Sequence record: NC_041975.1
Reading direction: 5' to 3' (one strand)
Length of the DNA: 64,000 nucleotides
Both the position numbers and the translations under genes were made by a program. The notes beneath the pieces were generated by a model. That model was not told where the DNA came from, made no database searches, and saw only the letters and a program-made list of their open reading frames with translations. Positions within the stretch are counted from its first letter, which is position 1. Each line of letters opens with the position of its first letter. This document shows, piece by piece, positions 50,744 to 60,783 of this stretch.

Positions 50744-52001
50744 GACACCCGCACCGAAGGTCCCAAACCCGGTGCAGAACCCGGTGATCAAATCACCGGA
50801 GGTTAGAAACGAAGTGGTCGATTCCACTTATAACCCCCGTAAGTCGTTAATGACCTTTGTCGGGGGTTCGTCTTGGGTCATCACCTATTACAGTCAGGTC
50901 TTGGGCGAGGGCAGTGAACCCATGGCCTTGCAGCATGATGAGCAAGGGACCACACAGCAGTACCTGCGTATTCGTCGCAATGTCATGAAAGTCTCCACCC
51001 CACTGAACCATAACCCCGAGAAAGACCAGGGGCAAATGGAAATCACCGGGGCCGGTTATCTGATGCCAGGGATTGTACCGAACCAAGGTGACATGTTTGT
51101 CGCCGATGTTGGTGATGGTCGTGCTGGACTCTTTACCATCAACGATATCGAGATCATGTCCATCTATAACGACACCGCGTATCAGGTGACGTATGAGATG
51201 ACGGACTTCTGGGATACGGCTATCCAGAAACTGCTCGATGACAAGACAGTGCAAGACACGGTCTATGACATGGACTTTGCCCGTACGGGTAAGAACCCGA
51301 TCATCGCCTCGGAAGACTTCTTTAACCGTGAGCGCATGATGGGATTGGAGGCCTCGTTAATCCATCACTTCTTCATGACGTTTTACGATAACGAGTTCAA
51401 CACCTTCTTACTCCCGGGGCAGTTGCGCACTACTTACGATCCGTACCATGCCCGGTTTGTGGATAAGTTGATTGACTACGATTCACGCCCAGGCCATGCT
51501 CGGGTTAACATCTACGACGAGTCACTCAAGGGTAATGCAAAACCCACCACGATCTGGGACCTGTTAGTTGCACAAGACCCGCTGATGTTCAAGTACATCA
51601 CCAAACAGATGCAAGTCTTACCCGCGACATACTTTCGCAGTGCCACTGCGCTGTACGGGGCAATTGCGTATGCGGGTATCTACGGGGTGGTCTATCCGGT
51701 CAGTACCGATATCTTCATTAATACCGATGTCGCCATTCCAGTCGCCCCCATCAACCCTTTGCTGTTCAGTGGGATTGGGATCAACAAGACCTACGTGTTA
51801 AGTGAGGCCTTCTATCTGCAGCAACCGCATCTGATGAGCGAGCTGGAGCGGCAGGTGTATAACCTCATCACCGGCTTACCCATCAACGTGGAAAAGCTGA
51901 TCGATTTGGTAGATGCCTACTTCGAGGCAGCGCCATTGGTACAATACTACGCATTTCCTCTATTAGTGTGTTTGTGCCGAACCGCACGTTATCGTTTATA
52001 G
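50730..52001 (+). CDS. putative head-closure/neck protein
   Basis: ATG 50730. PNQGDMFVADVGDGRAGLFTINDIE resembles head-closure beta-barrels. Confidence 0.5.
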   Translation: MAIAKTPAPKVPNPVQNPVIKSPEVRNEVVDSTYNPRKSLMTFVGGSSWVITYYSQVLGEGSEPMALQHDEQGTTQQYLRIRRNVMKVSTPLNHNPEKDQGQMEITGAGYLMPGIVPNQGDMFVADVGDGRAGLFTINDIEIMSIYNDTAYQVTYEMTDFWDTAIQKLLDDKTVQDTVYDMDFARTGKNPIIASEDFFNRERMMGLEASLIHHFFMTFYDNEFNTFLLPGQLRTTYDPYHARFVDKLIDYDSRPGHARVNIYDESLKGNAKPTTIWDLLVAQDPLMFKYITKQMQVLPATYFRSATALYGAIAYAGIYGVVYPVSTDIFINTDVAIPVAPINPLLFSGIGINKTYVLSEAFYLQQPHLMSELERQVYNLITGLPINVEKLIDLVDAYFEAAPLVQYYAFPLLVCLCRTARYRL

Positions 52002-52008
52002 GTGTTCT

Positions 52009-52638
52009 ATGACCCAGGTGATACATAGCACGGAATTTCTAAAGAGTGAACTGGAGCGTTTACAAGTGGTGCTGTTCGAGTGCCGCTATGAATGTCGTAT
52101 CCGTCAACGCGATCTCTACGATGTTGACTATCTGCAAAACGTGGGACTGCCATCATCTGGGATAGCTTGGCTCGATCAGGAGATGGATAACCAGTTAGTG
52201 GATATGTTCCTTACCATTAACAAGATGACCGAGTGTGTGAAGAACGGGTATAACTTCTACATCAACTACCCGGAGACCTACGCAGGGATCATCTACAAAG
52301 CGATCACCGACTACATCCGCTATTACGGCGAGCTCTCGGACCGTTTCCCGAACTTACCGTTACCGGATCAGGACGACTTTGAAATCCTGGACCAGACCGC
52401 CAGTAAGATCTATACAGTTTATCGCTGCTACGAGAAACCGGAAGAACTCTCGGGGATTGTCGGTCGTCTGCGTCGACGTCGTCGCTCCTTCGATCTGCAG
52501 AACCCGGTGGCCGAAGTTGAGCTGCAGCGTGATGAAGACGGTAACGTGATTGCGAAGGAACATAACTCGATGCTGGATATGTTTGCTGACCGCATGACCG
52601 TGAAGAGGATTCCAAAGCATGAATTTGGAGAAGAGTAG
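52009..52638 (+). CDS. conserved hypothetical protein
   Basis: 209 aa within the operon. Confidence 0.7.
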   Translation: MTQVIHSTEFLKSELERLQVVLFECRYECRIRQRDLYDVDYLQNVGLPSSGIAWLDQEMDNQLVDMFLTINKMTECVKNGYNFYINYPETYAGIIYKAITDYIRYYGELSDRFPNLPLPDQDDFEILDQTASKIYTVYRCYEKPEELSGIVGRLRRRRRSFDLQNPVAEVELQRDEDGNVIAKEHNSMLDMFADRMTVKRIPKHEFGEE

Positions 52639-53980
52639 TCTTTATAATGAAATCATCGCGATCGGGACCAAAGGCGGGCGCAGTGTCTACCGAATAAAGG
52701 CGGAGATCTTTTTTGATACCACCGTCTGTTCAGTATTCCGGGTCCGCAGCCTCAATCGCTTTGATGATTTCATGAACCGCTACAGTGAAGAGCTGAACAT
52801 TGAAGTGGCGATGTCAGAGGGGGTGTACAACCAACAGATCATCCCCAATGCCACGCGGCTTAAGATGCACCTGGTGATTAACAAGTACGAACCGGGACAA
52901 GAACCGGTCAGTACGCGCTACACACTTCGGGTGTTTCCTAAAACTGGATATGACCCGCAGTTGACACAACAACGGGCCGCGGATATCAACCAGGCTGCGA
53001 TTGCTGCGACCTCCTTGCAGTTCTATCAGTTCCAGTTGTTTACCTCGGCGATTGAACAACTCAGTGCAACGCCGTGTGCCGGGATCTTTCCTACTACCTC
53101 ACCGGCCGCATTGATTCGGGTGTTACTGGGCGGGGTGTCAGAAGGGCTGGAGTTACCGTTAGAGGAAAAGCCGCTGGGGATGGAGATGTACCCGGTGGAT
53201 GCAGTCACACCAGATGGCAAAGAGATCATCAAGAACCATGTGGTGGTCAAGCCGATCCAGCTGTGCGACTTACCGGGCTTTCTGCAACACGAGTATGGGT
53301 TGTACAAGACAGCGATTGGGTCGTATTACCATAAGCAGTACTGGCATATCTGGCCGCTCTATAACACCAAACGGTTTGAACTGGTACGCAAGAACCTGAT
53401 CGTCGTCAACGTTCCTAAGGATAAGTTCCCCAACATGGAACACACCTATGAGATGCGTGGCTCGAGTCTGTGTGTCTTGGCGACCGGTGATACTGCAGTG
53501 CACGACACGTCGAACCTGGCGCAATACCAGGAAGGCAATGGCGTCAGAGCAACCCGGTCCTCTGCGATGAGTGGGGATGAGGGGATGGAGGTGAAGCAGG
53601 GGCAGGTGGTGCTGCAGCGTGGTGCGACTAACTCTGAGTTCATTACCAATACCCGTCAAGGTGCAGTTAACTTCGCCCCCATGGCTGGCGAGATCACGGA
53701 CAACAGTTATCGCATTGTGTCAAAGACCGCAGTTAATAACGGATCTACCATTCAGGTGACCTGGCAGAACGCCGACCCTGAGCTGATCTTCCCTGGCATG
53801 CCGGTGAAGTACCTCTACATGAAGTCGACGGGTGTTGAGCAACGCTACGGGACGCTGGTGATGGCAGAGGCGCATTATCGACTAGCACAGGACGGGTTAG
53901 CTGATGAGGTGATGTTGTGTGATATGGCCTTAACCTTGTTCATTGATACTACCGACGAAACCGCCAACAGTTCATTGTAA
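52619..53980 (+). CDS. putative baseplate hub (T4 gp27/VgrG-like; phiKZ gp101 position)
   Basis: Beta-rich 453 aa with C-terminal QVTWQNADPELIFPGMPVKY. Confidence 0.45.
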   Translation: MNLEKSSLYNEIIAIGTKGGRSVYRIKAEIFFDTTVCSVFRVRSLNRFDDFMNRYSEELNIEVAMSEGVYNQQIIPNATRLKMHLVINKYEPGQEPVSTRYTLRVFPKTGYDPQLTQQRAADINQAAIAATSLQFYQFQLFTSAIEQLSATPCAGIFPTTSPAALIRVLLGGVSEGLELPLEEKPLGMEMYPVDAVTPDGKEIIKNHVVVKPIQLCDLPGFLQHEYGLYKTAIGSYYHKQYWHIWPLYNTKRFELVRKNLIVVNVPKDKFPNMEHTYEMRGSSLCVLATGDTAVHDTSNLAQYQEGNGVRATRSSAMSGDEGMEVKQGQVVLQRGATNSEFITNTRQGAVNFAPMAGEITDNSYRIVSKTAVNNGSTIQVTWQNADPELIFPGMPVKYLYMKSTGVEQRYGTLVMAEAHYRLAQDGLADEVMLCDMALTLFIDTTDETANSSL

Positions 53981-54043
53981 TTAGTGACATTCATCCCTAG
54001 TCTTATGAGCTCCTGGCTCATAGGCTAGGATGGATTTATTCTT

Positions 54044-54056
54044 AGACCTACATTAT
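54044..54056 (+). promoter_or_regulatory. candidate early phage promoter
   Basis: AGACCTACATTAT, 33 bp upstream of ATG 54090. Confidence 0.55.
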
Positions 54057-54089
54057 CGAGATGATCCAATAAATTATAAGGACTTCACC

Positions 54090-55568
54090 ATGAGTCGCAA
54101 TTTCTCGTTGACCACCCTCATCAATCTCCTTCAAGCTGAGCTCGATTGGTACTCTACCCAGTTTCCTGAGTTTGAAGCCGATGTGCTGGACATTGTTAAT
54201 AACACCATCAGCGGTAAGTTAACCGCCAGTGACTTTGGCTGGACGTATAATCGCCTGATCTCTAAGTTCGGTCTGGTGATGCAGGATACCGGTAACCCGC
54301 GGGCAAGGTTCTTGCGCTGCATCGTACCGAATAAGTTCCACGGTATTATCCCACAACTGCAGAGCATTCGTAATTACGGTGATCAACACATCGACCGTGA
54401 TCACATCATGGCCAGTGCTGTAGAGATCTTGTTGGGAAATTCCGTCGCCCCGATTATCAGCAGTTTTTATAAAAGCATCAAACAGGGTGGTGATAGTGCG
54501 CCATGGGAGCGTGAGGGCTATTATGAATTGTTGTATATGCGCTTGCGCAACAACCGCCATCAATTCCCTTCAGGCTTTCAGGTGCTGCAACCCCAACCGC
54601 GCTTGACGGATGAACTCTCCACTGAGATCTATCGTCGCTTTGATGAGATTGTCGGTACCCTGGAGAAGTTTAACAGCGACCCACAATACGCGTCAGAGAA
54701 CTACACCCTGCACGGCCTGCAAGATCCGTGGACTCATGCCGGGACTCGGGGCGATACCATGGCAGCGAAGTTGTGCCGTGCAATTGATGGTGAACACCCC
54801 CACCACTATGACGAAGATGAAGACGAGGAGCTTTCGTTTAACCTCACGCCCTATAACCCGGAAGCGGATTTAGTGAGCACGCTGAATAACGTGCATCATC
54901 TTCAGCCGATTGTGAAAGCCATCGTCAGTGCGGCAGCCACCAAAGAGTCTATTGATGAACGTTACCCGTTTCGTCAACCTCACGGTGTGCTTCAGTTGGT
55001 GCAGAAAGGTTACTTCGATGGCCTGACCCCAAAACACCTCAATGAGATCTACAGCACCGATCTCACGATCCCTGCGATCCACAACGTGTTAAGTAAGGTA
55101 ACTTACTATAGTCGCGATGACCGTGCGCAGCTTGAACTCGACCAGAACGGCAACATTCCTGATCGTCAGATCAACCCGGTAGTCACTAACTTTAACCAAG
55201 CTTTAAATCGCGCATACCCAACCAATATCCCGTTACTGACCATTCCGATGCCGGTGGCCATGAACGAAGAGCTCGACTTTGCAGTCCTCGCGAAAACCGA
55301 GATCAGAAACTATAACCGGGATGGGTATCTGTGGTTGTTGCTCGGTATCGTCTTTGACATCAGTAAAATGACCGTGACGTATCGCCGTCAGCTGAACCGC
55401 ATCAAAGGCGTGCCGTTACGTAAGGTGTGGGAATTGCCTCTGATCGTCACACCGCATCGCACCATCGAAGAGATCTTTGCTGATCTTGGTTATGAAATCT
55501 TAGAGGTAACTGATCCAAATGCCAAAACAGAAGCTCCAGTTCGAAAACCTGGTGGCAAGCGTAAATGA
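54090..55568 (+). CDS. hypothetical protein
   Basis: AAGGA RBS before ATG 54090. Ends RKPGGKRK. Confidence 0.75.
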   Translation: MSRNFSLTTLINLLQAELDWYSTQFPEFEADVLDIVNNTISGKLTASDFGWTYNRLISKFGLVMQDTGNPRARFLRCIVPNKFHGIIPQLQSIRNYGDQHIDRDHIMASAVEILLGNSVAPIISSFYKSIKQGGDSAPWEREGYYELLYMRLRNNRHQFPSGFQVLQPQPRLTDELSTEIYRRFDEIVGTLEKFNSDPQYASENYTLHGLQDPWTHAGTRGDTMAAKLCRAIDGEHPHHYDEDEDEELSFNLTPYNPEADLVSTLNNVHHLQPIVKAIVSAAATKESIDERYPFRQPHGVLQLVQKGYFDGLTPKHLNEIYSTDLTIPAIHNVLSKVTYYSRDDRAQLELDQNGNIPDRQINPVVTNFNQALNRAYPTNIPLLTIPMPVAMNEELDFAVLAKTEIRNYNRDGYLWLLLGIVFDISKMTVTYRRQLNRIKGVPLRKVWELPLIVTPHRTIEEIFADLGYEILEVTDPNAKTEAPVRKPGGKRK

Positions 55569-55914
55569 TTTCGCTGGTCAACTGGGTCAGGTAGCTGTGC
55601 TGATCGAAGGCTTTGATGGGGGCGCTAAGCGCCCCTATTTAGCGTTTGCTCTCCATATGCTCCTTTCATCAGACGCGTCCGAGCGACTGGGTGCCGGCTG
55701 GTACCTGTTACTCATTCGGGCTATGTACAACGAACTCGGTCATGAGTTCACTACCGTCGATGAGTTAGATGACTTCATCGATACCTTTTATGACTTGTTT
55801 GATGCGCACAACATCGAACTGAACGACGCCGTCGTGAACGAATTGAATATCGCTTTCGACATGTTTGAAGAGTCACTCGACCTGGGTGATGCCACCGACG
55901 AGTATGACGACTAA
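55519..55914 (+). CDS. acidic hypothetical protein (start uncertain)
   Basis: The ORF fills the gap between neighbouring genes. Confidence 0.6.
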   Translation: MPKQKLQFENLVASVNDFAGQLGQVAVLIEGFDGGAKRPYLAFALHMLLSSDASERLGAGWYLLLIRAMYNELGHEFTTVDELDDFIDTFYDLFDAHNIELNDAVVNELNIAFDMFEESLDLGDATDEYDD

Positions 55915-55943
55915 TTCCCATCCTTAATTAACCGAGACGTAAA

Positions 55944-56165
55944 ATGAAAAAGAACATCCTACTGGCTGTGGTCCTGCTGTCTGCATTTCCTTCTGTAAAG
56001 GCATCCATGGATGTCCCGCCAGACCCGTACACCATTCAGTGTTTATCGGAGACTGAATGCTTTTATGCTAATGGACGTAAAGTGACTGAGCAGGAACTTC
56101 AGAAACTGGCGCTCCTGATTCAACAAGAGGAACAAAATGAGTCAAGTCAAAACAATGACGGCTGA
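55944..56165 (+). CDS. small secreted protein
   Basis: Signal peptide MKKNILLAVVLLSAFPSVKA and the Cys pair CLSETEC. Confidence 0.65.
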   Translation: MKKNILLAVVLLSAFPSVKASMDVPPDPYTIQCLSETECFYANGRKVTEQELQKLALLIQQEEQNESSQNNDG

Positions 56166-56919
56166 AGAGATCAGAAAGGCGATGTGGGTTTATGATGCAT
56201 TGTCTAACAGCCACCGTGGTCTGTATGTCAAAGCAGAAGGTCCGGATGGTTCGGGTAAGTCAACCTTTGTGAAACTGTTAACGGAATGGTTACAGACACA
56301 GTTAGGTAACAGCCGGGCGGTGATGACCCGTGAAATGGGCGGCACTGCACAAGGTCGTGTCTTTCGTGAAATGGTGCTCTTCCCTAAAGAGACCCAAGAG
56401 CTGGATCTGCAAACTGAAACGCTGCTGTGCTGGGCTGATCGGGTTGAAGGCCAGAAGCAAGTTAAAGCCTGGTTAAACGCCGGGATCGCTGTGGTTCAGG
56501 ATCGCACCTACTTCTCCACCTACGCTTATCAAGGCATGCTGTACGGACAGTCACCGTTGGTAAGCAAGATTCATTCCGGCCTGGACATCATGAACGCGGA
56601 TATCGTGTTTGTGTTGGACGTTGACCCAGAAGACATTCTGGCACGCGTAGGTCGTCGTGAAGCAAAGGGTAATGAAGATCCAACGGGCAATGACCGGATG
56701 GATGTGATGACCGATCGGCAGCTAAAAGACCTCTGCTACTTTTACCGGGGTATTGAACACCAGATGCCCGCCTGTGCCAATATCAAACAATCTAAAGTCA
56801 TCCACCTGGATGGCCGGCAAACGCAGGAGCAACTGCTGCAGGATGCCATTGTTCACTTAACCCGTTTTCTGGATGAGAAGGAACGCGAAGCAAATGACCT
56901 CTGTCGTGCTATTTGCTAA
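56137..56919 (+). CDS. tmk: thymidylate (dTMP) kinase
   Basis: EGPDGSGKST P-loop, REMGGT, DRTYFSTYAYQG and LDVDPE..LARV. Confidence 0.92.
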   Translation: MSQVKTMTAEEIRKAMWVYDALSNSHRGLYVKAEGPDGSGKSTFVKLLTEWLQTQLGNSRAVMTREMGGTAQGRVFREMVLFPKETQELDLQTETLLCWADRVEGQKQVKAWLNAGIAVVQDRTYFSTYAYQGMLYGQSPLVSKIHSGLDIMNADIVFVLDVDPEDILARVGRREAKGNEDPTGNDRMDVMTDRQLKDLCYFYRGIEHQMPACANIKQSKVIHLDGRQTQEQLLQDAIVHLTRFLDEKEREANDLCRAIC

Positions 56920-57205
56920 TGTGACCGAACCCCTGCTGTTGAAACTCAAAGAGGTGAATGAAGCGGTTGACCTCGAGTGGTTGATTGAACAGGGTAAGAT
57001 GGTCAGTCTTATTCGTAAGAACGTCGTGCGTGCTGAACGTGATGACGGCGCGCATGTGCATGTGATGGTGTTTCCCCGCGAGTATCTTCTGAACCTCGCT
57101 GAACGCCATGACGATGCGCAATATCAGGCCTGGTTAATCGAAAGCAAGATCAAGCCTTTTAAAGAGCATTACGCTCACGGTAGTCTCAGTATGTACGTGT
57201 ACTAA
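56894..57205 (+). CDS. hypothetical protein
   Basis: Overlaps the 3' end of tmk. Confidence 0.6.
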   Translation: MTSVVLFANVTEPLLLKLKEVNEAVDLEWLIEQGKMVSLIRKNVVRAERDDGAHVHVMVFPREYLLNLAERHDDAQYQAWLIESKIKPFKEHYAHGSLSMYVY

Positions 57206-57209
57206 CTTT

Positions 57210-57243
57210 AAGCAGGAGTAAGGAAACTTACTCCGCTTATGCC
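57210..57243 (+). terminator. hairpin-TTATGCC element
   Basis: AAGCAGGAGTAAG-GAAA-CTTACTCCGCTT followed by ATGCC. Confidence 0.75.
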
Positions 57244-57268
57244 AATTTAATTTAACCGGACGTGTATC

Positions 57269-57679
57269 ATGAAATTAGGCTTTTATTACGCATTAGTAAA
57301 GAACCATGTGTCAGGTAAACGTGAGATCTTATCCATCCAACGTGAGAGTGTCGCAGAACTCTTCCCAGTGTGTTATACGCGACTCTGTAAAGAGATTGAG
57401 GAAAACCACAGTGGTAAGTACGAAACCTCAGCATTGGCCTTTGGTGCGCTTAAAATCGAGTATCATGCAGCCAGTCAGTTGGGAACGGTATGGATTGGTC
57501 ATACCAAGGTCGGGATCATCACCCCGAAAGCCACGTTGATCTCGGTAGGTGTGGAGTATCCGATTGGGACTTTCTATTTATCCCCTCCGCCAAGTCTGCA
57601 GATTGGTGACCCGGAATTGATTCAGTTACGGGATGTGGTGGCCAGTGTAATTGGCGATGCAACATGGGTGATGAACTAA
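57269..57679 (+). CDS. hypothetical protein
   Basis: 136-aa ORF. Confidence 0.7.
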   Translation: MKLGFYYALVKNHVSGKREILSIQRESVAELFPVCYTRLCKEIEENHSGKYETSALAFGALKIEYHAASQLGTVWIGHTKVGIITPKATLISVGVEYPIGTFYLSPPPSLQIGDPELIQLRDVVASVIGDATWVMN

Positions 57680-58176
57680 TGGCGAAGATCAATGTCTCGA
57701 ATGCCACGACCTATAAGTTCTTTAAAGAACGTGCAAACCATACACTGCGTCATTTTGCCCAAGATCTTGATCCGGGTATTCTGCCGGTCGTAAGGGAGCT
57801 TAACGCAATAGAAGGCATCGCCCCTGTCTGGAGTTGTGAGTCACACCCTAAAGGTAATGCACATCTTCTTCGCGAGGCATACGTTATCTGTGTGGTCACT
57901 GGGCGGGGGATGGATAAGTTAGAAGAGATCTATAAAGAATGGATGCGGTTGCTAGACCAAGATCGATCATCCTGGCGTAAAGACGATACCGCCCATTCTC
58001 GTAGAAAACGAGTATTTGCTCATCATGTGGTAATCACAACACGTCGCTTGACTTGGCCTAATGACTTCAGTCGCCACTATACCTCTGTCTGTTTAGGGTA
58101 TGAGCGCCTTAATGTCGTCAACAAGCGCTTGGTGCTTCTGTCGTTTGAACAAGCTATCCGTAACGTAACCTTTTAA
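57679..58176 (+). CDS. hypothetical protein with TYW3-like N-terminal motif
   Basis: TAATG overlap; contains LDPGILPVVRELNAIEGIAPVWSCESH. Confidence 0.65.
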   Translation: MAKINVSNATTYKFFKERANHTLRHFAQDLDPGILPVVRELNAIEGIAPVWSCESHPKGNAHLLREAYVICVVTGRGMDKLEEIYKEWMRLLDQDRSSWRKDDTAHSRRKRVFAHHVVITTRRLTWPNDFSRHYTSVCLGYERLNVVNKRLVLLSFEQAIRNVTF

Positions 58177-58183
58177 ACTTAAT

Positions 58184-58233
58184 CGGCATAACCCCCTGAG
58201 AGAGAAGCGCAATGCTTCTCTCTCAGGGATGCC
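58184..58233. terminator. mirrored hairpin element at a convergent junction
   Basis: CGGCATAA-CC-CCCTGAGAGAGAAGC-GCAAT-GCTTCTCTCTCAGGG-ATGCC, a perfect 15-bp stem. Confidence 0.85.
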
Positions 58234-58371
58234 TGAATCTCTTTTTTTTTTAGTCTGGTTAAATATAGTGGATAGAGAATTAACTTGAATAACAAAAAAT
58301 AAAGCAAAGTAATATCAACGCCGGTAAGGGCTACAACAGTTGTTCTAATTTTCAGGCACGTAGCCTAGGAG

Positions 58372-58410
58372 AAAAAAAAGGAGGAAGCAGCTTATCCAGT
58401 TACTTCCTCA
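58372..58410 (-). terminator. intrinsic terminator after the DnaB-like gene
   Basis: The minus strand reads GAGGAAGTAAC-TGGATAA-GCTGCTTCCTC-C-T8. Confidence 0.7.
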
Positions 58411-58450
58411 AAAACGTTATTTCTCGTCGTCCCCATTCTGGGACATAGTA

Positions 58451-59983
58451 TTACCCAAACCACGGAGCTCCACCGCCATCAGAGTTTGTCTCTCCGGCAA
58501 CGTGCTTACGGGATTTGTCCTTTCCATTCACATCATCAAGAATACCGACTCCAGGTTCGAACTTGTAAACGCAATATTTATCACGCTCAGGTGTAATCGA
58601 AATGGTGCGATGCTTACCGCGCTGAATGCACAGATAAGACTCTTCACCAACACGGACAATATGGATAATCATTTCCACATCGACTTCTTGGTCGATCTTG
58701 GTACAGTTATCCCAATAACCTTTATTCGCTGTTTCACGTGGAAGGTCTTCTTCGAGACCGTTACGGACCAGCATCTTCGCAGCAGGACTCAACTGATGCG
58801 GAGTAATGACACAGATACCACGAGCAGACGTAAAGTTACGGACACGACGGAAAAGATCACGGTACTCTTGTCCCGCAACACCTTTCTCGCAACCTTCTTT
58901 ACTGAACATCCCCAGGTAGTCGATGGTTAATAGATGAATCTCATAGCCCATGTTCTCAAAGTGCTTAATACGCTCAAAGAGATTACGGTAACCAAACTGC
59001 GACGGGTTAACACGACAGAAGTTGACTTCATAGCCGTTAACAGATAAGGCGGCTAAGACTTCACGGGCTGCTTCCGCTTCATCTACTGTCTGATGGTTAT
59101 GATCCAGGCCATCGATGTTTGCTTTGATCTTCTTCCACCACAGAACCATGTTGTCGGTCATGTTGTTTTCAGAAGAGATGTGCATGATCATCGGTTTCTT
59201 CTTCGGATCACGCATGTACGGTTTGTTAAAGGTGGCGATCTGACGTGTCAGGTCCATGGTGAAGCCGGTCTTGTTGTTGTGCTGCAATGCACCAATCAAG
59301 ACGAACTCACTGCGACGGAACCCGCCCACTTCACCCAGCATGCGGTTGATACCGGTGTAACCTGTCTTTAATACACCAAGCGTAGAAGACTCTTCTTTCG
59401 CTTGCTTAAAGATCTTACCCACTTCTTCCAGGTTACTGACTGTAATGTCAGAGATCACCGCTGGGTCAAACTGTTCAGAGACACCGATGTTAACCGTTTC
59501 GATCTCTTCTAAGAGCTTGACCACCGCAGAATCCATGTCGATGTCTTCACCGCCAAAGATGATAGGTGCTGCAAACCGCTTGATGATAGCCTTCGCCCGA
59601 CGGTGCTGATCCCACTTACGCAGTTCACGTCCAATGGCGACTACAGACTGTTTGGCTTTGTAAGGATCATCCTCGGTGCTGCTGACGCCCATTTCTAAGG
59701 CTTGGTAAGTTGCCGCGTCATGGCCGCAGTCAGTTAACAAGCGTTGAAGCAGATCAGTTTTATCCAGTGGTTGATTCTTAGGACGACTAATCATCCAGCG
59801 AATAGTACGGCGTAAAGCCAGCTGTACATTGCGGGATTCGTCATCACCTGTACCTTCAACAGGGGTCGGAATGTTATCCAGGAGCTCATCAACGAACTCA
59901 CTGCTATCATCGCTGTCAGTGCCAACAATGGACTCTTGATAAAATAACGTAATAATCTTTATGAGTAATAGAACGGTTTCCAT
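58451..59983 (-). CDS. dnaB: DnaB-like replicative helicase (phiKZ gp118-like)
   Basis: LKTGYTGINRMLG..GGFRR, Walker A-like GALQHNNKT, Walker B LLTIDYL and motif ITPHQLS. GAGGGG RBS before ATG 59983. Confidence 0.85.
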   Translation of the reverse strand: METVLLLIKIITLFYQESIVGTDSDDSSEFVDELLDNIPTPVEGTGDDESRNVQLALRRTIRWMISRPKNQPLDKTDLLQRLLTDCGHDAATYQALEMGVSSTEDDPYKAKQSVVAIGRELRKWDQHRRAKAIIKRFAAPIIFGGEDIDMDSAVVKLLEEIETVNIGVSEQFDPAVISDITVSNLEEVGKIFKQAKEESSTLGVLKTGYTGINRMLGEVGGFRRSEFVLIGALQHNNKTGFTMDLTRQIATFNKPYMRDPKKKPMIMHISSENNMTDNMVLWWKKIKANIDGLDHNHQTVDEAEAAREVLAALSVNGYEVNFCRVNPSQFGYRNLFERIKHFENMGYEIHLLTIDYLGMFSKEGCEKGVAGQEYRDLFRRVRNFTSARGICVITPHQLSPAAKMLVRNGLEEDLPRETANKGYWDNCTKIDQEVDVEMIIHIVRVGEESYLCIQRGKHRTISITPERDKYCVYKFEPGVGILDDVNGKDKSRKHVAGETNSDGGGAPWFG

Positions 59984-60011
59984 TATGCCCCTCGTTATAA
60001 GGTAATTAACC

Positions 60012-60641
60012 ATGTACAATGAAAAGTTGGTAATTGTGCCAGCGCCAATCCTTCGGGCTATTCACAATGCAAAAGAAAGTGAAGCAATTTTAACGTGTCC
60101 GAAAAGAATGCTTTCCATATTATCCAGACGTGATGTCATTTTCTACTACGTGGTGAATACTCTTCTTTGTGACTATTCCTATAAAGCAGACCCAGCCAAC
60201 CCAGAACCACCGTTGGTGTCGGCACTGCGGGATCTGTTGTCACACACTAACGGCGTAATGAATGCCTTTACCTCACCGGCGTGGGTTGCGTTTGTTGATG
60301 AGAACGACGCTGATATCCAAAGCGAGCGTCGACTGAAAGCGCGTAGTATCTATGAGTACCTGACTGGTGAACCATATGCATGGAATTCAACAGAAGGTGA
60401 CGATTCTTTAAGCTATATCTATGACACCCAGGCGAAAGTCGTGGGAGGTGAAGCCGTTGCAGTGTTGATTAATGCTGTGAAGGAGAACGATAGTTACAAT
60501 ATCATCAGTCATCAACGTTTATTCGAACAAACCATTCTGGCGTTCACTACACTGACAGCAGACACCAAAAGCTTTGCTTCCCTTTATAAAGGCTTTTGTG
60601 AACTGGTTTACCAAGACTCGCTAATCCGACGTTTTGCGTAA
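60012..60641 (+). CDS. putative minor capsid protein (phiKZ gp119 position)
   Basis: 209 aa between the helicase and the major capsid protein, matching phiKZ order. Confidence 0.55.
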   Translation: MYNEKLVIVPAPILRAIHNAKESEAILTCPKRMLSILSRRDVIFYYVVNTLLCDYSYKADPANPEPPLVSALRDLLSHTNGVMNAFTSPAWVAFVDENDADIQSERRLKARSIYEYLTGEPYAWNSTEGDDSLSYIYDTQAKVVGGEAVAVLINAVKENDSYNIISHQRLFEQTILAFTTLTADTKSFASLYKGFCELVYQDSLIRRFA

Positions 60642-60783
60642 GAATCTATGTAATAGTATGTAAATTGCCATTTCGATGGCGGCGTACTGTTATGACCGTG
60701 TGTTAGCGCGACACAACCCCCTGTTTATGTACATAGACAGGTAATATCGAAAACTTATATAAGTTATTGAAGGAAACAACGAA

